From IMG/VR virus record IMGVR_UViG_3300017917_002349, positions 32,001-96,000 of that record: a stretch of 64,000 nucleotides of DNA; one strand, 5' to 3'. Every line of letters begins with the position of its first letter. Positions within the stretch are counted from its first letter, which is position 1. Of the stretch, positions 39,251-49,844 are shown in pieces. The DNA is from a virus. Position numbers and translations under genes: made by a program. The notes under the pieces were generated by a model. The model was given only the letters and a program-made list of their open reading frames with translations. It made no database searches and was not told the origin of the DNA.

Positions 39251-40212
39251 ATATCTTAGTTACAGGCGGGTTAGGCCTCATCGGTCATAACATAGTACAG
39301 AAATTAAATAATCAAGGACACAAGGTTATTGTTTACGATAACTGTACTACCTATGGAATTATCCCTCAAGCAGAATTAGATTATCTCATCGCCGAGCGTA
39401 AAAAATTAATCGGCGATGTAGAAATACATGAAAATGATATTCTTCAAGGTAGTATGTTTGATTGGCTGCTACCTAAACATAACATCGAAGCCATTATTCA
39501 TCTAGCAAGTTTTCCCAGGCAGAAAGTAGTTAATGCTAATCCTTGTTGGGGTAGCACTGTGATGAGTACAGGACTTTTGATGCTACTAGAAAAAGCAGTT
39601 CAACACGGTGTTCGTAGATTTACCTATGCAAGCTCTAGCATGGTATATGGAGATTTCGAAGACTACGTTACCGAAGATGCGGTATGTAGACCACAAGGCC
39701 AATACGGCATTTTGAAATTAGCAGGCGAATGGTTAGTCAAAGACTATACCCGCAAGTATGGCATCGAGCACACTATTCTTAGACCCAGCGCCGTCTATGG
39801 GCCATTAGATGTTGAAGATAGAGTTATTTCTAAATTCTTACTTACTGCGATGCGAGGTCAAACCCTCAAGGTAAATGGACGCAATGAGACTTTAGATTTC
39901 ACATATGTAGACGATGCAGCCACAGGATTTGTAAATGCTACCTTGTCTCCTATTGCGGCTAACAACACCTATAATATAACCAAGAGTCATAGTTATACCT
40001 TATTGGCCGCTGCTGAACTAGCTATAACGTTAGCAGGAAGAGGCGGTATTGAAGTTAGAGACAAGGACGCAGATTTTCCTAGTCGTGGTGCTCTGGATAT
40101 AACCAAAGCTCGTAGAGATTTTGATTTTTCCCCTAAAGTAGATATAGAAGAAGGTTTTGAAATTTATTACAAGTGGTTAACAGAATCGCCTTATTGGCAA
40201 TCTAATCTTTAA
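39247..40212 (+). CDS. NAD-dependent nucleotide-sugar epimerase/dehydratase
   Basis: ILVTGGLGLIG, ASSSMVYG, YGILK and DFTYVDD motifs. Confidence 0.9.
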   Translation: MNILVTGGLGLIGHNIVQKLNNQGHKVIVYDNCTTYGIIPQAELDYLIAERKKLIGDVEIHENDILQGSMFDWLLPKHNIEAIIHLASFPRQKVVNANPCWGSTVMSTGLLMLLEKAVQHGVRRFTYASSSMVYGDFEDYVTEDAVCRPQGQYGILKLAGEWLVKDYTRKYGIEHTILRPSAVYGPLDVEDRVISKFLLTAMRGQTLKVNGRNETLDFTYVDDAATGFVNATLSPIAANNTYNITKSHSYTLLAAAELAITLAGRGGIEVRDKDADFPSRGALDITKARRDFDFSPKVDIEEGFEIYYKWLTESPYWQSNL

Positions 40213-40243
40213 TCTGCAATAAAATACCCATATAAATAAGACT

Positions 40244-41008
40244 ATGAAAATAGTCTTAGTCACAGGGGGTTTTGACCCCATACATTCTGGGCATATTGCC
40301 TATTTCAAGGCAGCCAAACAACTTGGTGATATTTTGATAGTTGGTGTCAATTCTGACGCATGGCTGGCACGGAAGAAAGGTGCAGCATTTATGCCCAGCA
40401 CTGAACGTATATCTATAATCGAAAATATCAAAGCAGTAGATGGTGTTCTACTGTTCGACGACAACGATGGATCAGCCAAAGAAGCTATTAAAAATGTACG
40501 TCGATTATATCCAGACAGTAAAATAATTTTCGCCAATGGCGGTGATCGCACCTCATCAAATATCCCGGAAATGGACATCATAGATGATAACCTAGAGTTT
40601 GCCTTTGGTGTAGGCGGCGAAAACAAAATGAATTCTAGTTCTTGGATACTTGAAGAATGGAAAGCACCTAAAACACAACGTCCTTGGGGATATTATAGAG
40701 TCTTGCACGAAAACGGTAAAGAGGTTAAGTTGAAAGAGCTAACTGTAGATCCTGGTAAGAGACTATCAATGCAACGCCACAAGGACAGAGGTGAAATATG
40801 GTTTGTTGCAGAGGGCATAGCTACATTGTATTATATCGATGATCGAACTACTGACGTTGAACTAAGTGGACACTATAAAAAGTTTCAAACATTGTTTATT
40901 TCTAACAACGAATGGCATCAGCTCAGCAACGAATCTGATCGACCACTAAAAATCGTTGAAATCCAATACGGCGAGCGATGTGAAGAAGAGGATATAGAAA
41001 GAAAATGA
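40244..41008 (+). CDS. HxGH nucleotidyltransferase (TagD/HldE-C-like) fused to a type II phosphomannose-isomerase-like cupin
   Basis: GGFDPIHSGH and GVNSD, then RPWGYY, LSMQRH and IVEIQYG...EEDIER; TATAAATA at 40231. Confidence 0.85.
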   Translation: MKIVLVTGGFDPIHSGHIAYFKAAKQLGDILIVGVNSDAWLARKKGAAFMPSTERISIIENIKAVDGVLLFDDNDGSAKEAIKNVRRLYPDSKIIFANGGDRTSSNIPEMDIIDDNLEFAFGVGGENKMNSSSWILEEWKAPKTQRPWGYYRVLHENGKEVKLKELTVDPGKRLSMQRHKDRGEIWFVAEGIATLYYIDDRTTDVELSGHYKKFQTLFISNNEWHQLSNESDRPLKIVEIQYGERCEEEDIERK

Positions 41009-41685
41009 TTCCTGTATTCATTGGTTACGATCCTAGAGAAGCTATCGCATATCATGTTTGTTCTAACAGTATTATTAGGCGTTCTAGTCAACCTGTTACC
41101 ATAGCGCCATTGGCTCTTAACATATTAAAAGATTATAAAGAAACTCACACAGACGGTAGTAATCATTTTATCTACAGTCGATTTCTAGTACCGCATCTAA
41201 TGAACTATAGAGGATGGGCCATATTCATCGACGGTGATATGATATTCAGAGACGATGTAGTTAACTTATGGAATCTTCGAGATGAATCAAAAGCCGTTAT
41301 GGTGGTCAAACATGATTATCAAACTAAGATGCTGGAAAAATATCTTGGTTCAAAAAATGAAAACTATCCCAGAAAGAATTGGTCAAGCGTCATCCTATGG
41401 AATTGCGGGCACCCCGCTAATCAATCCGTTACACCAGAATTCGTCCAACAAGCCACAGGAGCACAGGTCCACAGATTCTCTTGGTTGACCGATGATCTTA
41501 TAGGTGCCTTACCCATGGAATGGAATTGGTTAGATTTAGAATACGAATATAATCATGATGCCAAACTAGTACATTATACTTTAGGAACTCCTTGCTTTCA
41601 CGAATTTGCAGATCAGGGAGATTTTGCCGACGAGTGGCATCGGGAACGCATATACACAGATTACTGCCAGCAAAAAAATATATGA
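41005..41685 (+). CDS. Glycosyltransferase, GT8-like GT-A fold
   Basis: FIGYDPRE, SRFLVP, FIDGDM, RKNWSS, LPMEWNWL and VHYTLG motifs. Confidence 0.8.
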   Translation: MIPVFIGYDPREAIAYHVCSNSIIRRSSQPVTIAPLALNILKDYKETHTDGSNHFIYSRFLVPHLMNYRGWAIFIDGDMIFRDDVVNLWNLRDESKAVMVVKHDYQTKMLEKYLGSKNENYPRKNWSSVILWNCGHPANQSVTPEFVQQATGAQVHRFSWLTDDLIGALPMEWNWLDLEYEYNHDAKLVHYTLGTPCFHEFADQGDFADEWHRERIYTDYCQQKNI

Positions 41686-42500
41686 ACAATTGGATTTTTC
41701 TCAGCAAGGACGGCGAAGATGAATATGTCAATATGTTTGCCATCGGTACCGGAGGTAGAGTAATATCTACACAAGATTTCGTATTTGAAGATTCAAACGA
41801 CCCCTTGGTTATTAGGGGAATACTTAAGAAAAAGATCATACAAGAATGTTGGAAAACCAATAGAGATTTTTATTTTATAGATACCGGATACTTAGGTAAT
41901 CAAAAAGGTCCGCTTAACCCCATGGGATGGAAATACTATCATCGTATTGTCAAAAATGATCTTCAATATGCGGGTGACATTATTCCTAGACCCGACGATC
42001 GTTTTAGAAAATTAGCTGTTCCTATCATGCCGTGGAAACGTGGAGGAAGGAAAATATTGATTGCTAAACCCGATGATAAACCTATGAGATTTTACGGATT
42101 AGATCTAGAGCAGTGGTTAGAACAAACTATTAATACGATTCAACAATATTCAGATAGAGAAATAGTTGTCCGAGAAAGAGTGAAGAGTAGGACAGATAGA
42201 ATGGTACATAATACTCTTAAAGAGGCTCTAGATGATGATGTACACTGTCTAGTAACTTTTAACAGCAATGCCGCTACAGAATCAGTATTACATGGAATAC
42301 CTGCCTTTACACTGGCTCCTAGTCATGCTGCGGGACCAGTATGTAGCAATGATCTTTCTCGGATTGAAAATCCTTATTATCCAGACAAAGACAAAGTGCA
42401 TGCATGGGCCTGTCATTTAGCATATCTTCAGTTTCATAATCATGAGCTTAGGGATGGTTCTGCTAAAAGACTTATAGAACAAACTTATTCAGGAATCTAA
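41682..42500 (+). CDS. KpsC/KpsS-like (capsule-synthesis family) transferase, paralogue A
   Basis: Start moved to ATG 41682 (ATGA overlap); IDTGY, IVVRER, TFNSNAATESVLHGIP and LAYLQF motifs. Confidence 0.55.
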   Translation: MNNWIFLSKDGEDEYVNMFAIGTGGRVISTQDFVFEDSNDPLVIRGILKKKIIQECWKTNRDFYFIDTGYLGNQKGPLNPMGWKYYHRIVKNDLQYAGDIIPRPDDRFRKLAVPIMPWKRGGRKILIAKPDDKPMRFYGLDLEQWLEQTINTIQQYSDREIVVRERVKSRTDRMVHNTLKEALDDDVHCLVTFNSNAATESVLHGIPAFTLAPSHAAGPVCSNDLSRIENPYYPDKDKVHAWACHLAYLQFHNHELRDGSAKRLIEQTYSGI

Positions 42501-42502
42501 AA

Positions 42503-43183
42503 ATGGATTTACATTTTATTACGAGTGTATCTAAAAATTATTGGAATGAAACGGGTCAGTACTGTATCAAAACTTGGAACAGTTTACCGGGAAAAATTAC
42601 AGTATATATAGATCAAAAAGACGGCGATTTAGACTGGATCAAAGATATTCCGTTTCATAAGGAACTTTTATATGTACCTAATCTAGAAGCCAGAGTCGCA
42701 GATAGAGCCAAGGTGAGAAAATTCTGGGGCAAGGCCACGGCACAGATTACAGCCTGTAGAAATCGAGGCCTGGACGAAAGAATAATCTGGATCGATGCAG
42801 ATGTAGAAAATACTCTGGCCAATATGCCTCCTGTAATTTTCAATTTTGAATTTCCTGAACCAGTGGCTGTGATGAATTCGGGAGATCATGAAGATTGTTG
42901 GGAATCAGGAATAGTGATTTTTAATCAGAGAGGTGAAAAGTTTGATCGATTTGTAAGACTATACGAAAAGGCATGGCTAGACGAAGACACTCTTTTGGGA
43001 TTATATAGGCCATATGATGCTCAGGTAATAGGACATGTGGCTTCTGAGCGAGGATATAAAAATCTATGTCAAAGAGAATGTAAAAATATAAATGCCATGG
43101 AAAATACTCATTTTGCTCCTTATTTTAAGCATTGGATTAACAAAGATAACAAAAAGAAATTACAAGAACAAAGAGCTCAGTGA
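42503..43183 (+). CDS. GT-A (DxD) nucleotide-sugar transferase-like protein
   Basis: IIWIDAD and ESGIVIFN motifs; related to 48610-49416. Confidence 0.6.
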   Translation: MDLHFITSVSKNYWNETGQYCIKTWNSLPGKITVYIDQKDGDLDWIKDIPFHKELLYVPNLEARVADRAKVRKFWGKATAQITACRNRGLDERIIWIDADVENTLANMPPVIFNFEFPEPVAVMNSGDHEDCWESGIVIFNQRGEKFDRFVRLYEKAWLDEDTLLGLYRPYDAQVIGHVASERGYKNLCQRECKNINAMENTHFAPYFKHWINKDNKKKLQEQRAQ

Positions 43184-44115
43184 TGTCGACCATAGCCGTT
43201 TACCATAACTCCGTTCCTAATAAGAAAAGCCAAGAAAAAATTGATCTGTTGATAAATTTTTCTACGGGTGCAAAACGTTGTGGCGAATTAGTATTTGATT
43301 ATTACGATTATAATTATAGACCATCAGATGTGGCTATTATTCAAGGATGGATAGCTCCAGGGGTACCGACAGGTAAACATCTTCAATTGAGAAATACTGT
43401 AATACAACAACAGATCAGATCTCAAAAATACGTAGTAGGAGTAGACAGTAATTTATTCTTATATGCTAACAAGGAAAATCCCAAACATTATCTAAGATAT
43501 AGTTTTAACGGAATATTTCCCAATGCCGGTATTTATTGCGACAGTGAGATAGATCCTAGTCGCTGGCGCAAAATTAGTCAAGACTTTGATATTCATCTTA
43601 AAGATTATAGAAAAACAGGAGATCATATACTGTTATGCCTACAACGCAATGGCGGATGGAGTATGGATGGTTTTGATGTACAGGACTGGGCTAATAATGT
43701 GATAGATACTATTAAAAAACATACAGACAGGACCATAGTAATTAGGCCTCATCCAGGAGACAAAGCTTCTGCTAATTATCTCAATCCTAGAATGCCTGGC
43801 TGTAAAATAAAATTTAGTAAAAGAGTTATTCTAAGCTATGAAAAAAATCTCAAGGATGATCTCAAAGATTGCTGGGCCGCTATAAACTATAATTCTAGCC
43901 CAGTTGTGGGAGCTGCTATAGAAGGTGTACCTATTTTTGTCACAGATCCTGTACGTAGTCAATGTGCCGAGATCGCCAACCTCGATCTAACGCAAATAGA
44001 AAGTCCGCAATTACCTGATAGACAAAAATGGGTAGAACGACTGTCTATGTTTCATTGGAACTTCGACGAGTTGAAATCGGGTGAATGTTGGCAGCATATG
44101 AAAAGGTTCATATGA
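43183..44115 (+). CDS. KpsC/KpsS-like transferase, paralogue B
   Basis: ILLCLQ, IVIRPHP and NYNSSPVVGAAIEGVP motifs. Confidence 0.6.
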   Translation: MSTIAVYHNSVPNKKSQEKIDLLINFSTGAKRCGELVFDYYDYNYRPSDVAIIQGWIAPGVPTGKHLQLRNTVIQQQIRSQKYVVGVDSNLFLYANKENPKHYLRYSFNGIFPNAGIYCDSEIDPSRWRKISQDFDIHLKDYRKTGDHILLCLQRNGGWSMDGFDVQDWANNVIDTIKKHTDRTIVIRPHPGDKASANYLNPRMPGCKIKFSKRVILSYEKNLKDDLKDCWAAINYNSSPVVGAAIEGVPIFVTDPVRSQCAEIANLDLTQIESPQLPDRQKWVERLSMFHWNFDELKSGECWQHMKRFI

Positions 44116-44118
44116 AAT

Positions 44119-44916
44119 ATGTATCAAATTTTGTTTAAAGACTACGAACAAGGTCATTCATGGTTTGATAATTGGAAGAACCTACGTATTTTAGATTCCT
44201 ACGAATATGTAGATAGATCTAAGCCTCTTATAATTGGTTCAGATCTCTTAAGACGAGAAGTAAGACATTCACTTAATACACATCAACCAGCAATCTATAT
44301 AGCTAGAGGTTATGTAGGTAACCATATGTATAAAAAAAGACAGCTGTGGAGATATAGTGTCAACGGATGGGCAAATACAAAATTATTAGATGTTCCTTAT
44401 TCTAGGTGGGATGTTATGAATTTAGAAAGACATCCTTGGAAAGTTAAAGAAGTTAAAAACGTGTTAATAGCTCCTAGTAAGATGACCATGCCTATATGGG
44501 ATCCGGAGTTTGGTTGGAACTGGGCCGATGACATGTCTAAAAAATTTCCGGGTGCTGAAACAAGAATAAGATATAAGCGAGGAAAAAGCGGTTTACGTTG
44601 GGCAACATTATTTGAAGATTTAGATTGGGCTGATCTAGTCGTAGCTCAGGGATCTGCTATCACTGCCGAAGCTTTTTGGTACGGAAAAAAAGTTATCAGT
44701 ACACATCCGTGCATTACCTGGGCAGCTCAAAAAAATACATTAGACGATTGGCAGGATCCAACCGAACCTACATTTAGAGATCTATGGCACGAGCACCTGG
44801 CATGGTGTCAATTTACCTCTGCTGAATGGGAATCGGGGGAGGTGTTGGATTTGATAGAAAAATATACAGGAAACCCGCTAGAATATATCGTTAATTATCC
44901 GTATGATTTCAAATAA
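44119..44916 (+). CDS. KpsC/KpsS-like transferase, paralogue C
   Basis: ARGYVG, VLIAPS, GSAITAEAFWYGKK and LAWCQF motifs. Confidence 0.5.
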   Translation: MYQILFKDYEQGHSWFDNWKNLRILDSYEYVDRSKPLIIGSDLLRREVRHSLNTHQPAIYIARGYVGNHMYKKRQLWRYSVNGWANTKLLDVPYSRWDVMNLERHPWKVKEVKNVLIAPSKMTMPIWDPEFGWNWADDMSKKFPGAETRIRYKRGKSGLRWATLFEDLDWADLVVAQGSAITAEAFWYGKKVISTHPCITWAAQKNTLDDWQDPTEPTFRDLWHEHLAWCQFTSAEWESGEVLDLIEKYTGNPLEYIVNYPYDFK

Positions 44917-45730
44917 AATTCTTTAAATCCAATAGCTGTTTTTGGTAATCCGGTATTTCAAAATTAATAGATTGCCTAGTGTCTACTAATATTTTGTTGA
45001 TTGTTTTAGGGCCGTGGGTCCTAATAATATTTTTATCTAAATTAAAAATATCATTAATTTTACAAAGTAAATCGTATTTGTTTATATAAACATGATTATT
45101 GACCAAATTATATATACCAAATATACTAGGATCATTAATATATTTTTCTATGCACTTTGCTAATTGTAGAGTAGTAATACCATTCCACATAGCATTCTCC
45201 CAACCGGGAATATCTCTCTCTTTGTTATGAATTAGCCAATTAAATAAACCAGAACCACTAGTTTTTAATTCGGGTCCTATAATACTCAATCTAAATGTAA
45301 TATCCTTAGAATTGTTTACTTCTCCCAAGGATTTAGATCTTCCATAAAAATTTCTTTCGGTATGAATATCATCTTCTTTATAATTACCTGATAATCCGTC
45401 AAAGACACAATCAGTAGATAGATGAATTAATTTAGTCTCGGAGTATTTAATTGCATTTTCTATGGTGTGAGGAAGCCATGAATTTATAATAATTGCTCTA
45501 TTAGGATTTTCGATACTATCTTTAACTAACAAACCTATACAATTAATAATGAAATCAAAATCTTCTGAACATAGTTTAAAAAATTTTTCTGTTGAAGATA
45601 TTTCTTCAATATCTAGTATAAAATCAGCATTGGATCTGGCTAAAGTCGAAACAGAATGACCTTGTTGACGTAAATATTTCACTATCATATGACCCGCCAT
45701 GCCATTTGATCCTAAAACTAAAATTTTCAT
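44909..45730 (-). CDS. RmlD-like NDP-4-keto-sugar reductase
   Basis: LGSNGMAG, INCIG, HLSTDCVFDG and YGRSK motifs. Confidence 0.88.
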   Translation of the reverse strand: MKILVLGSNGMAGHMIVKYLRQQGHSVSTLARSNADFILDIEEISSTEKFFKLCSEDFDFIINCIGLLVKDSIENPNRAIIINSWLPHTIENAIKYSETKLIHLSTDCVFDGLSGNYKEDDIHTERNFYGRSKSLGEVNNSKDITFRLSIIGPELKTSGSGLFNWLIHNKERDIPGWENAMWNGITTLQLAKCIEKYINDPSIFGIYNLVNNHVYINKYDLLCKINDIFNLDKNIIRTHGPKTINKILVDTRQSINFEIPDYQKQLLDLKNFI

Positions 45731-46707
45731 ATAAATTTTCCCTTGGTAAGCATAGTATGAATTTCTTCGTTATTCATAATTTTAGTTTTAGAAGAAAATT
45801 CCTCGTAAGGAAATTTTAGAAAATTTTGATATCTAGTCCTTAAAGTAGAATTAAATCCTGCCGGCAGAGTCACGTAATAATGATCATCATAACAATAGGT
45901 TAATTGAGATTCATGATGTGAAATTAACATTTCGTTTAGTTTTTCTCCAGGTCGCATTCCTGTTTCGATAATGTCAACCTTTCCGTATTCGTCCATAAGC
46001 ACATCTGCTAGATCTTTTATGTAACAAGCCGGCATATTCATTACAAAAGTCTCTCCTCCTATACTGTCGATAGATGCTTTAAATAATAGTTGTATCGCTT
46101 CTTCTAAAGTAAGAAAAAATCTAGTCATCTTTGTATCAGTTATAGTAATCGGACCTCCATTTTTTATCTGCTCAATAAAATAAGGAATCACCGATCCACT
46201 TGAACCCATGACATTTCCTCCTCTGATACAGACAAATTTTGTATAATCACTTAAATCATTTGCTTGAACAATAATTTTTTCTCCCACAGCTTTGGTCATT
46301 CCATAGAGATTAATGGGTTCCACTGCCTTATCGGAAGAAACATCAATAACTTTTTTTATTTTGTTTTCAATAGCTGCATTTACAATATTTGTAGTACCTA
46401 AAATATTTGTTTTAATGGTCTCTTGTACATTGATTTCGCATACTGGTACATGTTTAAGTGCAGCTAGGTGAAATACAAAATCTACACCTCTTGTTGCAAG
46501 TCTAACAGATTCGTAGTCTCTAACATCACCTATAATAAACTTGAGTTTAGGATTATTAAACTTTCTCGACATGAGAACTTGTTGAAGTTCTCCCCTAGAA
46601 AAGCATATTATTTCTTCAACATTATAATTTTTTAACAAAAGTGAAATTAGGGTCTGGCCCCAAGAACCAGTAGCGCCACTAACAAAAATTCTTGAATGAT
46701 CAAACAT
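45727..46707 (-). CDS. UDP-GlcNAc 4,6-dehydratase (PseB/FnlA/CapD family)
   Basis: SGATGSWG, HLAALKHVP, SSDKAVEPINLYGMTK, RGGNVMGSSGSVIP and GMRPGEKL motifs. Confidence 0.9.
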   Translation of the reverse strand: MFDHSRIFVSGATGSWGQTLISLLLKNYNVEEIICFSRGELQQVLMSRKFNNPKLKFIIGDVRDYESVRLATRGVDFVFHLAALKHVPVCEINVQETIKTNILGTTNIVNAAIENKIKKVIDVSSDKAVEPINLYGMTKAVGEKIIVQANDLSDYTKFVCIRGGNVMGSSGSVIPYFIEQIKNGGPITITDTKMTRFFLTLEEAIQLLFKASIDSIGGETFVMNMPACYIKDLADVLMDEYGKVDIIETGMRPGEKLNEMLISHHESQLTYCYDDHYYVTLPAGFNSTLRTRYQNFLKFPYEEFSSKTKIMNNEEIHTMLTKGKFI

Positions 46708-47260
46708 TTTGTTCCTCTAAAATTTTAATAATTTCATCATTAGAATATAATCTTACATTCTTTATAAAATCTAAGAATTCGTTGTATGACAAGTTCTTGT
46801 AATAATCCGAAGGGAACACTTTTTTTGCAGGCATTTTGATAAGAGTTAGTCCAAAATTTTCATTCATAGGAAAAATTTTAAAATCCTCTTCTTTTAAAAA
46901 ATAATATAATAGCTTATAGGAATCCGAACAAAGATGAGATTGTGCATGTTCTTCGCTAGGAGGTATCATGTCATGAATTAGAATCCACTCATTACAATGA
47001 TCAACCGAATTATTAAAATCTCTTAATACAAAATCATAATCGTGATTCGCATCAATAAAAATTATATCAAATTTTTTATCAATGTCTAAGCCGGCGAAAT
47101 ATTCATCTGTTGTGCCTGTAAACAATGCTTTGCCATTAAGATCCACTGAAAATTTATCATTTGATCTAATCGACATAAAATTATAATTTTTAAAAACACC
47201 TAATTCCAGATAACTTTTATTTTCGATATCGGGTAAGTGATTAATTACTTGACAACTCAT
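46700..47260 (-). CDS. Class I SAM-dependent methyltransferase
   Basis: YLELGV, FDIIFIDANHDY and ILIHD motifs. Confidence 0.8.
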   Translation of the reverse strand: MSCQVINHLPDIENKSYLELGVFKNYNFMSIRSNDKFSVDLNGKALFTGTTDEYFAGLDIDKKFDIIFIDANHDYDFVLRDFNNSVDHCNEWILIHDMIPPSEEHAQSHLCSDSYKLLYYFLKEEDFKIFPMNENFGLTLIKMPAKKVFPSDYYKNLSYNEFLDFIKNVRLYSNDEIIKILEEQNV

Positions 47261-47928
47261 TTTTTCTCCTTTGGAATTTTTGGTGCTCCGGTATATTTTC
47301 TACCTTTTGATGGCGGACAAAATGTATAATCCCAAGTTAGAAATTCTTCATTAGTTGCTACACCAAAGTTATACCCAAGTTCTATTTCAGGTAAATTTCT
47401 TTTTACAGCATTGTGATGTAACTTAACAGTGTTCCAACTCGGATCTGTGGGATCTAGCCATTTATCTATAAAATGTTTACATGCCTCTACAGGTTGCCAT
47501 GATGATGGTCTTTTCTCATATTCAACTTCCTCGGTAACATACATACCGATATTAGCTTCTTTTAATCTTATATAATAATCATCGTCCTCGTACCCACCAC
47601 CGACAAATCTTTCATCAAATGGTCCTATTCGTCTGAACAATTCTTTTTTGAATCCAAAAAAAGCCAGTCTGTAGAGCGCCACAAATCCGTATCCTTGATC
47701 AATTAATGACAAAAGTTTTTTAATGTCTGTTGATTTAGGCAACACCTTATCGGACATCATAATAACTATCTCTGATTCGCAACCGTCCACGCACGAATTT
47801 ACCAGTTTTGAAAAACTAGGACAATTTTCACCATTATGAAAGTGTAGAGTCTCGGGGGCTACACTCTTAGCTATGGGTGTATAATATTGAGGTTTATTAG
47901 AGATTAAAAAACATTTGTAATCATTCAT
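47257..47928 (-). CDS. Glycosyltransferase, GT2/GT7-like
   Basis: IGPFDERFVGGGYEDDD motif. Confidence 0.7.
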   Translation of the reverse strand: MNDYKCFLISNKPQYYTPIAKSVAPETLHFHNGENCPSFSKLVNSCVDGCESEIVIMMSDKVLPKSTDIKKLLSLIDQGYGFVALYRLAFFGFKKELFRRIGPFDERFVGGGYEDDDYYIRLKEANIGMYVTEEVEYEKRPSSWQPVEACKHFIDKWLDPTDPSWNTVKLHHNAVKRNLPEIELGYNFGVATNEEFLTWDYTFCPPSKGRKYTGAPKIPKEKK

Positions 47929-48613
47929 CTTTAAATTTATCCCAGAATGTTTTTGACGATGTTAAACTCTTTTTACCTTCGTGTTTGGTCATTGCAATTC
48001 CCATGACATAACTATGGATCTGTATAATAACATGGTGCTGATTGATTGCATTGTCTGCTGGTAGGTACGTTTTAGAATACGTTTCTACTAATTTTTTTGC
48101 CGCATGTGGCTTGATTGCATAACCGCAATTTCCGGGCATTGAACTTTGATAATAATCAGCAGCTATGGCTTCTCCTGTGGGATTATCTAGGTAATGGCGA
48201 TATTTCTCAGTTTTACTAGGATGTCCTAGTGCCAATACCAAAACATCTTGCCAGTCAATGGGGATATAATTTCTAGATAAAACAATGTCATCTTCCCAAA
48301 TAATAATGGGCTCATTTAACTCAACACATTTTTTCCAGAGCCTATAATGACTATAGAAACATCCCTGTATACCCGGTCCCCAATGGAAATTCGGATCAGG
48401 CAATTCAACCACATCATTATCTTTAGGAGGACCCTTGATACCCCAAGGATGCAGAGTTCTACCTTCTTCTTTCATCATCAATCTAGCATCGTTACCATAG
48501 GTACCTTCAAATAACTCAACATCCGCACCGTATTCTTCTAGTTTATTTTTTAGGTCAGTGGCTGTTTTAAGAGATGCTTCAATCTTAGAAAGGCAGATAA
48601 TAAAATTCTTCAT
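47921..48613 (-). CDS. Glycosyltransferase family 25-like
   Basis: FIICL, GCFYSHYRLW, IWEDD, GYAIKPHAAKKL and PAD motifs. Confidence 0.82.
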   Translation of the reverse strand: MKNFIICLSKIEASLKTATDLKNKLEEYGADVELFEGTYGNDARLMMKEEGRTLHPWGIKGPPKDNDVVELPDPNFHWGPGIQGCFYSHYRLWKKCVELNEPIIIWEDDIVLSRNYIPIDWQDVLVLALGHPSKTEKYRHYLDNPTGEAIAADYYQSSMPGNCGYAIKPHAAKKLVETYSKTYLPADNAINQHHVIIQIHSYVMGIAMTKHEGKKSLTSSKTFWDKFKDE

Positions 48614-49416
48614 TGCCAGTATGCCTCTTTTCTTCTTATTTTAAGATCATTAGGTTTACTACGACCTAGATTCTTTCTTTCACCTTTGAGATGATCAAGA
48701 TAGGCGCCCCACGCACTGTTAATTAATGGATGCCCTTCTCCTTTGACAATGCCCTGACTCCAATTGAGTGTCTGTAGAAACGGCATCCTTGATTTTACCT
48801 CATCAAATACAAAACTATCATGCCATTCGTCTAGATAAAAAATTCCTCGCTCGGCATGATCGTACATCCATTTAAATGCCGATAAAAAAGTCTTGGTCTG
48901 TTCAGATTTAAGGTTGAGAGAATATAATCCGCATTCTGAATATTTGCCATCACGTCCTAGATATCCTAGATCTATATTATTAGGACAAAATTCTTTGATT
49001 TTTTCTATACTTATAGGACTATGGCATACTGTATCAGCATCCATCCAGAACAATACATCAGCATCTGTCTCTTTGGCACAGTCAAAAATAGCGTAGACCT
49101 TATGAGCGAATCTAACAGCATCCCACTTAAATCCTTTACCAGCATCTTTTCTCTTAGATCTTACAGGATCATCGGATACGTCGCCATTGGCCTTGGGTAC
49201 ATTTGCCCAACGTTCCTTGAATTCTCGTAAATCTTTGACTTCTTCTAATCTTTTCAAGGTAACTCTACTATGATCAGAGATTCTTGGATTACATTCTTCG
49301 GGGTATAGGTGTAGAGTTACCTCAGCTGGCCAATTTTGCATAAATGTATCTATCATACGTTGACCATATTGTCTGAGTCCTCGATCGTTGAAGGTAGTTA
49401 CTACACTTATTTTCAT
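48610..49416 (-). CDS. GT-A (DxD) glycosyltransferase-like protein
   Basis: Start probably ATG 49416 (ATGA overlap); RFAHKVYA, WMDAD, ECG, EWHDSFVFD and DHLKG motifs. Confidence 0.65.
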   Translation of the reverse strand: MKISVVTTFNDRGLRQYGQRMIDTFMQNWPAEVTLHLYPEECNPRISDHSRVTLKRLEEVKDLREFKERWANVPKANGDVSDDPVRSKRKDAGKGFKWDAVRFAHKVYAIFDCAKETDADVLFWMDADTVCHSPISIEKIKEFCPNNIDLGYLGRDGKYSECGLYSLNLKSEQTKTFLSAFKWMYDHAERGIFYLDEWHDSFVFDEVKSRMPFLQTLNWSQGIVKGEGHPLINSAWGAYLDHLKGERKNLGRSKPNDLKIRRKEAYWQ

Positions 49417-49808
49417 TGTATTTTCCATATATGATATTTTTTTGTATAATCCACGACTTGGAATCTTTCTTTTCTTAAAAACTTTACCTGTTCGCTGCTA
49501 TTAGAAGGATCACCTTCAATGATCAGCAGACATCGATTACGTTTCCATAAAGGAATCAGCTCTCTTACCAAATTAGTTTGATCTGCATCTATCAAAACGA
49601 AATCTATGTCGTAGAGTGTGTGTATAGTTTCTAAATTTTCACGGTAAATTAAATTTTTTGCCTTGATTAACGGCTCTTTAGGATATACTATGAAAATCGT
49701 ATCAGTACTTTCTAACAGATCTTCTAAATTTCCAAATCCTGAACCTATGACCAGACCATAACGAACATGTTGGCTGATTTTTTTTATCCGTTTTGAAAAT
49801 TTTCCCAT
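49413..49808 (-). CDS. Hypothetical protein, possibly a degenerate methyltransferase fold
   Basis: LVIGSGFG and DFVLIDAD motifs. Confidence 0.45.
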   Translation of the reverse strand: MGKFSKRIKKISQHVRYGLVIGSGFGNLEDLLESTDTIFIVYPKEPLIKAKNLIYRENLETIHTLYDIDFVLIDADQTNLVRELIPLWKRNRCLLIIEGDPSNSSEQVKFLRKERFQVVDYTKKYHIWKIQ

Positions 49809-49818
49809 GATTTGCTAT

Positions 49819-49836
49819 TAAATACTACTATATTTA
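49819..49836. promoter_or_regulatory. Face-to-face late promoter pair
   Basis: TAAATA 49819-49824 (+) and TATTTA 49831-49836 (-) between divergent genes. Confidence 0.55.
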
Positions 49837-49844
49837 TTCCCTAT

